A stretch of 26,660 bases of DNA from a virus (taxonomy: Duplodnaviria; Caudoviricetes): the IMG/VR virus record IMGVR_UViG_3300032281_000213, positions 1 to 26,660 of that record. One strand, given 5' to 3'. The notes below the pieces were generated by a model. The model was given only the letters and a program-made list of their open reading frames with translations, made no database searches and was not told the DNA's origin. Positions within the stretch are counted from its first letter, which is position 1. Every line of letters begins with the position of its first letter. The position numbers and the translations under genes were made by a program. Shown piece by piece: positions 17,436-24,502 of the stretch.

Positions 17436-19301
17436 CTAACTGTATTGTTGTGACCATTGGTCAGCGAATGCGTCATCTAAGTTGATTGCGAATCTGCGTT
17501 CAACCTGAGCGCGGGTCGCCCATCTGTTATTTGCGTACTGTGATGCTTGGCTTGAGCGTTGCATCATTTCTCTAATGCGAATTACTGCAAACCATAAAGC
17601 CATAACGACGTCAGTTGGGTTCTTAGTGTCTGGCTTCCAAGTAATGAGTTCCTGTACTAAAGTCTTCAGACCTTCAGAACCTTCATTGCTTGGTAGTTCA
17701 ATAATGTTGTTATCCTGGAAACGACCATCGCGGGTATTACCAAAGAGGGTAGCCATAGAAGCCACACCAAAGGATGTGTCCCACTTGTTCTTACCAGTAA
17801 AGTGTGAATTCAATTGTGTGCCGTACCCTGCAAGGAAGTTACGCAAGTTATCATCCAGGGCGTAAGCCTTCTGGTGTGCGTTAATTTCAATACGCAGTTC
17901 TTGCGGTCTGTACTTCTCAACCCAGTCCTCAATGAGGTTCTGAATCTTAGCAGGAGTTGGCTCTGTCATATTGACAGCATCTAGAACGTAGATACGCCCA
18001 TCTGCTCTGTTGTAGGTACATACCACCGCACCTGTAGCACCTGCCATAGCAGGGTCAAGTCCGATGATGGTATAACCTTCAACATGCTGGGGGTGTCCTG
18101 GAGCACCTGGTTTTAGAGGTCCTCTTTTTCGCATTCCGTTGACTGAGCCAGCCACACAGGTTGGAGAGAATATCGAGTCTTCTTGGACGTCTTCTTGTTG
18201 GTATACCATAGCCCAAACCGACGGAGCGACCTCAGAGCGACGCTTAAAGAGCGAGGGTCCATCCCATTTGGGGTATAAGCCATTTTCAAGTACATCGTCC
18301 AAATCATTTTCTTGCTGGTCAGTTTCTGGCCAGAGGGTTTGCCAATTCTTAGGTTTCTCGTCAAACTGCAATACGGCAGGCATAGCACAATATGTGAAGG
18401 GGGTTTTGCCACCTGTCCATTGTGAGCCATCTCGTATCATCTTGTACAGGTCAATAGAGGCTACACGGGTACCAACTATGATTAATTTACCGTGTCGTCC
18501 CAAACGGGTTATAACTTCCTTTTGCAACCACTCAATTTGTTTTTCCCACTCATGAGCGTTAGAACCCATCACCACGTCATCTAGGATAATTAAATCTGCA
18601 CGTGCTCCGTAAATCTGAGAACCAAAGCCCAGTGCTTGGACCGTAGGGTCCTTTTCACCTGAGTCACGTCCTGTGCCTAGATAAATCATATCGGCGGACC
18701 ATTGTGTTGCGTCCGCCTTGTACCCACCGTTAGGACCGAAAGCGGTCTGTAACTTCATGTAGCCTGGGTGGGAAAGGCGCGTCTTAATAGCGCCTAGGAA
18801 CTTGCGAGCCATACCCTGGGTTTTAGAAACGATGATTACTCGCGTATTAGGGTTGGTCACAATCTTGTATGTCACATAGTTAGTTGTGATAGTAGTTGAC
18901 TTGGCATGCTCGGGTGGTACGTTAATGAGCACACGGTTGGGGTCTCCCATCTCGTAGGTCATACCCGAAGGTAGCCAACGAGGTGTATTACCCTCAATTA
19001 GGTCAATCCAGTTCAGTTGGTGGTCAAATAACCTAGACCCCAGGAACTGCTCTGAGAACTCATGGAAAGGCATATCCTTAAGTTCTGCTAAATCTTGTTT
19101 GATGCCCTTGCCTGCAAGGCGGGCTTTGTCAGCCTTTTCTTTGAAGTCAGCATCTTGCATAGACCACTGGCGGAAGGCGGTGTCCTGACGGTCCACGGCG
19201 GCCATAGCGGCTGTAATAGTGGCACCCTGTTCTAGGAGGGCTAGTACTTTAGCCTGTGCCTCGTCCTTACTAAATGTCTGTTTTCCTGCTTTGCGACCCA
19301 T
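17436..19301 (-). CDS. Terminase large subunit (with N-terminal HTH-like extension)
   Basis: Walker A-like INVPPEHAKST, GARADLIILDD (Walker B), IIVGTR coupling motif, YQQ, and nuclease motifs IIGLDPA and DVVMALW. Confidence 0.92.
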   Translation of the reverse strand: MGRKAGKQTFSKDEAQAKVLALLEQGATITAAMAAVDRQDTAFRQWSMQDADFKEKADKARLAGKGIKQDLAELKDMPFHEFSEQFLGSRLFDHQLNWIDLIEGNTPRWLPSGMTYEMGDPNRVLINVPPEHAKSTTITTNYVTYKIVTNPNTRVIIVSKTQGMARKFLGAIKTRLSHPGYMKLQTAFGPNGGYKADATQWSADMIYLGTGRDSGEKDPTVQALGFGSQIYGARADLIILDDVVMGSNAHEWEKQIEWLQKEVITRLGRHGKLIIVGTRVASIDLYKMIRDGSQWTGGKTPFTYCAMPAVLQFDEKPKNWQTLWPETDQQENDLDDVLENGLYPKWDGPSLFKRRSEVAPSVWAMVYQQEDVQEDSIFSPTCVAGSVNGMRKRGPLKPGAPGHPQHVEGYTIIGLDPAMAGATGAVVCTYNRADGRIYVLDAVNMTEPTPAKIQNLIEDWVEKYRPQELRIEINAHQKAYALDDNLRNFLAGYGTQLNSHFTGKNKWDTSFGVASMATLFGNTRDGRFQDNNIIELPSNEGSEGLKTLVQELITWKPDTKNPTDVVMALWFAVIRIREMMQRSSQASQYANNRWATRAQVERRFAINLDDAFADQWSQQYS

Positions 19302-19526
19302 TATATATCCCGTCCAATAACGCCGATTTAACGCCTCTTAGAAACGGCATAAGGGGGGCATTCTGATAAAAAATTCAAAAATTATATTATATATAGGAGG
19401 AGCGGAGTCTTAAACGGAGCGACTCCGTATATATTATATATATACTATAGAAGACCCGTTCAAACGGGTCAATTCCGAGTGGGTTGGGAAAGTATTTTCC
19501 CGAACCCCTGTATACTAAGCGTACGA

Positions 19527-19542
19527 TGTGACGTACGTCACA
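19527..19542. promoter_or_regulatory. Perfect palindrome matching the CRP-family consensus TGTGA-N6-TCACA
   Basis: TGTGACGTACGTCACA in the divergent intergenic region. Confidence 0.5.
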
Positions 19543-19937
19543 CTGTCCGAGGAGTACTTTAGGTACTCTGAGGGGGGTATTAAATATAACAGAAAATTAT
19601 TATGGGAGTATATATATACAAACAAAAGCGTTTTTAATAAACCTCGGCTCAAAGATGCGCATTTATGCGCCTGTTATGCGCTTATTGTTATGCGTGAATG
19701 AATTGTGAATGAGTAACTATCTGCAAGGCTCATCTATAAATAGATTCCCCCGTTAATAAATAAATAAATTGCAGCGCAGATAAATGCGATAGATAGTTGA
19801 AACTTCAACTACTTTCCCCTGTCATAAAGCTTCTTTTCCCTGCCGTTCGGCTAACCGAACAGGCTCACGCTCACGCCTACGCTCACGACACGCCTAGACC
19901 TGCCCTGCCCTGCATGGTGTTGCAAAACCTTTTTTGA

Positions 19938-19946
19938 TGGTAGGAT
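19938..19946 (+). promoter_or_regulatory. Candidate extended -10 promoter for the first early gene
   Basis: TGGTAGGAT, with TTGCAA at 19920-19925 (15-bp spacer, suboptimal). The context TTTTGATGNTAGRAT is shared with the promoter at 21038-21066. Confidence 0.45.
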
Positions 19947-20009
19947 TCGTGTAACGAATTAGGCAAATCCGCCTCATTCGGCTAACCGAATAGAAATGGA
20001 AAAACCCAA

Positions 20010-20615
20010 ATGACAAAAGCAACTACAACAAAGGCTCCAAAGAACACGATTACAATCAAGGCTCCAAAACTCACTTCGGCATGGGTTTCGGTCTGCTCAA
20101 CTTCTGCAAAGTCAGAAAGTGAAATAATCAAGGCTATTGAAAACCTAAGTGCAACTATGGTTCTCGAAAGTCGCTTATCGGTGAACGACCAAAAGAAGTT
20201 CATCAAAGGCTTAGAGGATTCGGGCAAAGTGTCCTCGTTCGTTAAGTCATCTCACGCGCCCGCTTTGCCTACATGGAGCAAATTGCGTGCGCTTCATGCA
20301 GATTTCCGCGCCCTGCCAATCGCTAAGCAACTATCAACCGCCAGCGCTTCTTACGACCTACTAGGCGCGGGAAATGGTGAGCAGATTAAGTCACTAGATG
20401 CGCTCCAAAAAGAAATTGCAACAGTCCGCAAGAACAAGAACGAGAAGTCTGCAAAGGCTCCAAAGGCTGAGAAGTCTGCAAAGGCTCCAAAGGATACCCT
20501 CGCGGAAATCCTCGCTTACTTCACCGCGCTGAACTTCTCAGAATTAAGCGAGAATCAGCAGGACCAAATCGCGGAAATCCATGCAGTTCTAGAGGGTAAG
20601 ATGATTAACGCATAA
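20010..20615 (+). CDS. First early gene, hypothetical protein
   Basis: 201 aa with four KAPK motifs, followed by a strong terminator. Confidence 0.8.
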   Translation: MTKATTTKAPKNTITIKAPKLTSAWVSVCSTSAKSESEIIKAIENLSATMVLESRLSVNDQKKFIKGLEDSGKVSSFVKSSHAPALPTWSKLRALHADFRALPIAKQLSTASASYDLLGAGNGEQIKSLDALQKEIATVRKNKNEKSAKAPKAEKSAKAPKDTLAEILAYFTALNFSELSENQQDQIAEIHAVLEGKMINA

Positions 20616-20627
20616 GCAGAAAGAAAG

Positions 20628-20658
20628 TAGCCCCCGCGAAAGCGGGGGTTATTTTTTT
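20628..20658 (+). terminator. Rho-independent terminator
   Basis: TAGCCCCCGC-GAAA-GCGGGGGTTA followed by T7, 12 nt after the stop at 20615. Confidence 0.9.
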
Positions 20659-20906
20659 GTCCAAAAATTTTGGTCGTCCCGACACAAACCAACACAAACC
20701 GAATGGGGCAAGGCACGCCAACGACTTAATCCAACACAAACCTTCCGAGCGACTGATGACCGCCACCGACCTGCCCCCGTTCGGCTAACCGAATGGTGAT
20801 AGACAAGAACTTCTATCCATGCTAGACTAGTGTCTATCAGCAAGAGTTATACTTACTGAGAACCGACAATCGTTGTTCGGTTAACCGAATAGAAAGTGAG
20901 AACGAA

Positions 20907-21041
20907 ATGCTAAACCTAGATGAGTTAATCACTCACTTAGAAGTACAGACCAACATCTTAAATGAGAAGCGTGCAGAGCAAGAACGCCATGAACGCGGTG
21001 TGCGTGCTATACGCGAAGCAAGCAACATTGAGCAGGCTTGA
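20907..21041 (+). CDS. Small hypothetical protein (44 aa)
   Basis: Read manually: MLNLDELITHLEVQTNILNEKRAEQERHERGVRAIREASNIEQA*, preceded by a dyad copy and AGAAAGTGAG. Confidence 0.65.
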   Translation: MLNLDELITHLEVQTNILNEKRAEQERHERGVRAIREASNIEQA

Positions 21042-21066
21042 CCCATACTTCTTTTGATGTTAGAAT
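21038..21066 (+). promoter_or_regulatory. Housekeeping sigma (sigma70/SigA-type) promoter
   Basis: TTGACC, 17-bp spacer, then TAGAAT with an extended TGn. Confidence 0.8.
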
Positions 21067-21074
21067 AAAGCCTT

Positions 21075-21185
21075 AAGCGGATAGCCTACCCTGAATTTGG
21101 GCAGGTGTAGGCTGGTGGCTCACGATAGGTAGTTACGCTGGTGCGAGTCCAGCGGTGAGCGCGTGATAACAAATTGTTATCGCTT
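21075..21185 (+). ncRNA. Putative structured RNA/leader with tRNA-like domain
   Basis: Begins just after the promoter. It has a hairpin at 21083-21113, coaxial stems GCTCAC/GTGAGC and CGCTGG/CCAGCG with a 7-nt loop, and a possible closing stem. Confidence 0.5.
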
Positions 21186-21220
21186 GTTCGGTTAGCCGAA
21201 CAGTATCGAAAGGTTATCAA

Positions 21221-21370
21221 ATGGAACTGTTTAACTTAGAAGTAAGTAAGTGGGGCATCAGCCTAGAGACTTACTTTGGTGACATTTACTTGTATCACCG
21301 AGCATGGCTTACTGCACTTGGCATTGTCGTAGTGCTTCGCCTTGCTAAGCGTATTCGTGGAGCGTGGTAA
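21221..21370 (+). CDS. Small hypothetical protein with hydrophobic segment (49 aa)
   Basis: Read manually: MELFNLEVSKWGISLETYFGDIYLYHRAWLTALGIVVVLRLAKRIRGAW*, with RBS GAAAGG. Confidence 0.7.
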   Translation: MELFNLEVSKWGISLETYFGDIYLYHRAWLTALGIVVVLRLAKRIRGAW

Positions 21371-21372
21371 TT

Positions 21373-21558
21373 ATGTACCCAACCGCAGATGAACTCGTAG
21401 CCAACGCGATTTCCGACACAAACTTATGGGAATCCCGACTAGATTATCAACTTGTCCAGGAAATTCTTGGGCATGACCTGTCGCAGAGCGAGTGGTCAGA
21501 ACTTGTGGGTCAATTAGATGATGCCGTCTATGAGACTGTTATGAGTTACCAGAGATGA
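21373..21558 (+). CDS. Small acidic hypothetical protein
   Basis: ATG at 21373 (MYPTADEL...), 2 nt after the previous stop, with GGAG upstream. 61 aa. Confidence 0.65.
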   Translation: MYPTADELVANAISDTNLWESRLDYQLVQEILGHDLSQSEWSELVGQLDDAVYETVMSYQR

Positions 21559-21722
21559 TTACTATTGAACTCTCCGAGCGTGAGTGGAGCGCCATTATGG
21601 GTGCTTTGCGCATACAAGAAGAAGGTCACAAGCGTAACGACTTCAAGGCATTGGTGTCTGAAATGCAGGACATTCGCTCACGCATGAATGATGCCATGAT
21701 TGACAGTAAAATAAATGCATGA
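21555..21722 (+). CDS. Small hypothetical protein (55 aa)
   Basis: ATGA overlap. Reads MITIELSEREWSAIMGALRIQEEGHKRNDFKALVSEMQDIRSRMNDAMIDSKINA*. Confidence 0.65.
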   Translation: MITIELSEREWSAIMGALRIQEEGHKRNDFKALVSEMQDIRSRMNDAMIDSKINA

Positions 21723-21728
21723 TAGAAT
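21700..21728 (+). promoter_or_regulatory. Housekeeping sigma (sigma70/SigA-type) promoter
   Basis: TTGACA, 17-bp spacer, then TAGAAT with an extended TGn, upstream of the amidoligase gene. Confidence 0.85.
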
Positions 21729-21790
21729 AAGACTATTGCAAAGCGCAATGGTTCAGGTTGTTCGGTTAAACGAACGAGAAAGGTAATCAA

Positions 21791-23029
21791 ATGACAGATG
21801 AAATCAAAGAAGTCTCTGTATCCTGTGCGGTATGTTTAATCGACATGACAGAAGATGATGCGATTACAACTGAGTATGATGAAACTGTATGCGGTGAATG
21901 TGTACAGACATGTTACAGATGCGACATGATAGGTTCTACCAATGACGACTTTCATGTGGTTGATGGTGACATGTGGTGTAACTCATGTACTGAGAATCGT
22001 GCATACTGGTGTGAGTCATGTGAGGAATACAATTCACAAGGCACTTCCTATGTATCAGACCGACAAGAGCATTGGTGCGAGATGTGCCTCAATGAAGCCT
22101 ATTGGTGCGACTCATGTGATGAGTGGAACTCGGACGGTTGCGATAGTTGCTCAGATGAGGACGGTGGTCGTATCATTCACGATTACAGTTACAGACCTGA
22201 TGCTATCTTCCATAGTGTAGATAAGAATGAACGCTTGTTCTTCGGGCTAGAGATAGAGGTAGAAGCAGGTCGTAACCTGCGTGAAGCCTCTGCTTATGCA
22301 CACCAACTAGAAGCGTTAGACCTAGCCTATCTTAAGCATGACGGCTCACTTAATAGTGGCTTCGAGATAGTCACACACCCTATGTCTCATGAGTTCTTCA
22401 AGAATGAAGCACAAGAGTTATGGGATACACTAGAACAGTTGCGTAGTAACAGTGCATACCGAGTCAAGTCATGGGATACCAAGACATGTGGCTTGCACAT
22501 TCACATCTCACGCACGGGTTTTAGTGGTGGCGCACACATGCACCGCTTCCTCAACCTTGTGTATTCTAATCCTGATTTCTATTCAACGCTTGCTGGTCGT
22601 ACCTCTGACCAATGGGCTAAGTTCACAGACATCTATCGCAATGATTACAAGCGCGATAGTAATGGTGAGCGTATCTGGGACATGGACAATGGATACGAGG
22701 TTATCACTACGCGACAATTCAAGCACAAGTTAAGTACAGATTACAATAGTGACCGCTATTCAGCAGTCAATACCAATAACAGAGAGACACTAGAGATGCG
22801 TATCTTCCGAGGTAGTGTCAATGGTAACACCATCAAAGCCCAGATAGACTTAGCGCATGCCAGCGTTGAGTACACCCGAACCCTTACTGTCCAAGATGTG
22901 CGCGAAGGTGCGCTATCTGCCGATAACTTCATGTGGTATGTATTCCAGAATGAAGCGTTGTACCCAGAACTTTCAGCCCGTATAGATAAACTAGTCGTTC
23001 GGTTAGCCGAACAGAATGTGAGCAACTAA
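21791..23029 (+). CDS. Putative COOH-NH2 ligase (amidoligase) with N-terminal multi-CxxC Zn-ribbon region
   Basis: FGLEIEVE, KHDGSL..GFEIVTHP, TCGLHIHIS, DRYSAVN and TLEMRIFRG motifs of the glutamine-synthetase-fold amidoligases. Eight CxxC pairs lie in the first ~120 aa. Confidence 0.85.
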   Translation: MTDEIKEVSVSCAVCLIDMTEDDAITTEYDETVCGECVQTCYRCDMIGSTNDDFHVVDGDMWCNSCTENRAYWCESCEEYNSQGTSYVSDRQEHWCEMCLNEAYWCDSCDEWNSDGCDSCSDEDGGRIIHDYSYRPDAIFHSVDKNERLFFGLEIEVEAGRNLREASAYAHQLEALDLAYLKHDGSLNSGFEIVTHPMSHEFFKNEAQELWDTLEQLRSNSAYRVKSWDTKTCGLHIHISRTGFSGGAHMHRFLNLVYSNPDFYSTLAGRTSDQWAKFTDIYRNDYKRDSNGERIWDMDNGYEVITTRQFKHKLSTDYNSDRYSAVNTNNRETLEMRIFRGSVNGNTIKAQIDLAHASVEYTRTLTVQDVREGALSADNFMWYVFQNEALYPELSARIDKLVVRLAEQNVSN

Positions 23030-23872
23030 ATGTGTCTACTCGTTGTAGCCTCGCCTAATTCCACGCCTCGTAAGAAGGACTTGGAATGTGCATCATGTAA
23101 TAATCCGCATGGCTTCGGCTTTGCAGTCATCACGCCTAATGGCATTGTCACAGGTCGTGGCATGTCAAGCAAGAAAGTAATCAAGCAGTTCTTAGAAGTA
23201 CGCAAGGAGTTTCCAGATAGTTATGCTATGTTCCATGCTCGCTATGCTACGCATGGTGTCAAGAATGAGGAGAACTGTCACCCATTCAAGGTTAAGAATA
23301 GTTACGATACTTACCTAGCACACAATGGTATTCTTGACATCAACATCTCAGCAGGTGACCGCAGAAGTGACACGCGTATCTTTGCAGAGGATACATTACC
23401 TGCTATGGGTGGTGTTACCGCCCTTGATGATGACCATGTGTGGGCTATGGTTAGCAAGTGGTCATTAGGTAGCAAGATTGTAGTGTTCACCCTAGACCCT
23501 AACGCTAAGGAGACATGCTACATCATCAACGAAAGTTCAGGCTTCTGGGACGATGAAGGCATGTGGTGGTCTAACTCTACATACAAGCAATCTACATGGG
23601 GTAGTTATCTAGGATTGCCCAGTCAAGCGTCGACTACGGCGCTCAATGATAGCGGTTACGAAGAAAGCGGATACATTACTGAGTGCGCTCATTGCTTGGG
23701 TATCCCAGAGATAGATTCCAATCCGTATTACTGTGAGATGTGTTTCACATGCTACGATTGCGACGGCATGTATCAGGACACATGCCTATGCTGGACACCA
23801 GAGAAGGACAAGTATGCCTACAATGTAAAGGGGAGAGTAAGTGGATACTACAATGACTCATTCGGATTCTAG
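23030..23872 (+). CDS. Class II glutamine amidotransferase (Ntn) with Cys-rich C-terminus
   Basis: M-C start, NPHGFG, FHARYATHG, NCHPF, LAHNGI and SDT motifs. Confidence 0.88.
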   Translation: MCLLVVASPNSTPRKKDLECASCNNPHGFGFAVITPNGIVTGRGMSSKKVIKQFLEVRKEFPDSYAMFHARYATHGVKNEENCHPFKVKNSYDTYLAHNGILDINISAGDRRSDTRIFAEDTLPAMGGVTALDDDHVWAMVSKWSLGSKIVVFTLDPNAKETCYIINESSGFWDDEGMWWSNSTYKQSTWGSYLGLPSQASTTALNDSGYEESGYITECAHCLGIPEIDSNPYYCEMCFTCYDCDGMYQDTCLCWTPEKDKYAYNVKGRVSGYYNDSFGF

Positions 23873-24065
23873 CGTTCGGTTAGCCGAACAGACAGACCCG
23901 TTCAAGGGAATGTGGGTGGCTGGGTGGATTACCTCGACACAAACTGTCGACGGACTCGTCCACTACGGACCATTCAACACGCAAGAAGAAGCACTTAAGT
24001 GGGGTAAAGAACTAACTAATGTAGAGGTGTACCGAGTATTCGTACCCTCATGGAACGCAGGATAG
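23853..24065 (+). CDS. Hypothetical protein (start uncertain: 23853 or 23910)
   Basis: Open frame with a YGPFNTQEEALKW motif. In-frame ATGs at 23853 (MTHSD) and 23910 (MWVAG). Confidence 0.6.
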   Translation: MTHSDSSVRLAEQTDPFKGMWVAGWITSTQTVDGLVHYGPFNTQEEALKWGKELTNVEVYRVFVPSWNAG

Positions 24066-24072
24066 GAGCATC

Positions 24073-24204
24073 ATGACCACAGAACAAAGGGAACAATTGC
24101 GGGAAGTATTGATTGACTACCTGCAATATCTCACATCAGAAACAGATATCCGTTTAGATAAAAAGATAGCACAGGTACGATTACTACTAAGAGAGGTAGC
24201 ATAA
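24073..24204 (+). CDS. Small hypothetical protein (43 aa)
   Basis: RBS AGGAG. Reads MTTEQREQLREVLIDYLQYLTSETDIRLDKKIAQVRLLLREVA*. Confidence 0.7.
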   Translation: MTTEQREQLREVLIDYLQYLTSETDIRLDKKIAQVRLLLREVA

Positions 24205-24374
24205 TGGTAAATAGCATACGAGTACGAGTGAAGTATGAAGAGTGGCTTACTATCGAAGATGTAGAGTCGGAAGACCAAGCACTTAAGATTGCGTACAACA
24301 TCACAGTAGATGAGTATGGTCAGGAGTTTGCCGACTATGCTGTCTTTGACCTAGAGCAGGAGGTAGGCGCATGA
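24204..24374 (+). CDS. Small acidic hypothetical protein (56 aa)
   Basis: TAATG overlap and RBS GAGGT. Reads MVNSIRVRVKYEEWLTIEDVESEDQALKIAYNITVDEYGQEFADYAVFDLEQEVGA*. Confidence 0.7.
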   Translation: MVNSIRVRVKYEEWLTIEDVESEDQALKIAYNITVDEYGQEFADYAVFDLEQEVGA

Positions 24375-24502
24375 GTTACGAACCACCATTAAATGATGAT
24401 GTATTCGAGTTAGATGATGAGTACGAGGAACTTGACGAGGATACACTTGACGACCTAGTAGACTACGACGGGGAACCAGATAGGATGTGGGGAGATGATT
24501 AG
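24371..24502 (+). CDS. Very acidic 43-aa peptide
   Basis: RBS AGGAGGT and ATGA overlap. Reads MSYEPPLNDDVFELDDEYEELDEDTLDDLVDYDGEPDRMWGDD*. Confidence 0.7.
   Translation: MSYEPPLNDDVFELDDEYEELDEDTLDDLVDYDGEPDRMWGDD

Larger units (their letters stand above)
19845..23889. repeat. Dispersed 16-bp dyad RTTCGG-N4-MCGAAY, 8 copies
   Basis: Copies at 19845-19860, 19976-19991, 20779-20794, 20875-20890, 21186-21201, 21760-21775, 22997-23012 and 23874-23889. Confidence 0.9.

Noticed and set aside
288-18555. Plus-strand and alternate-frame ORFs in the track (e.g. 288-485, 2935-3366, 5820-6242, 6252-6752, 11958-12509, 18139-18555)
   Set aside because: They are shadows of the tightly packed minus-strand genes, with no independent RBS or protein-like motifs.
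20753-20795. Second CTGATGA hammerhead-like core
   Set aside because: I could not build stems I-III, and the downstream sequence is GAAT, not GAAA.
21118-21160. Canonical tRNA gene
   Set aside because: It has no anticodon arm, no CCA end and is too short. It is kept only as a tRNA-like element.
21155-21183. lac operator-like sequence (GTGAGCGCGTGATAACAAATTGTTATCGC) suggesting vector contamination
   Set aside because: The match is gapped, there is no flanking vector sequence, and it is explained by a local palindrome GATAACAA-A-TTGTTATC.
19845-23889. The 16-bp repeats as a CRISPR array
   Set aside because: Spacing is irregular (about 100 to 1200 bp), the repeats are too short, the intervening DNA encodes genes and no cas genes are present.
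19845-23889. The dyad as a Gram-positive/actinobacterial LexA SOS box
   Set aside because: The SOS box is CGAAC-N4-GTTCG. Here the half-sites are in the opposite order (GTTCG-N6-CGAAC).
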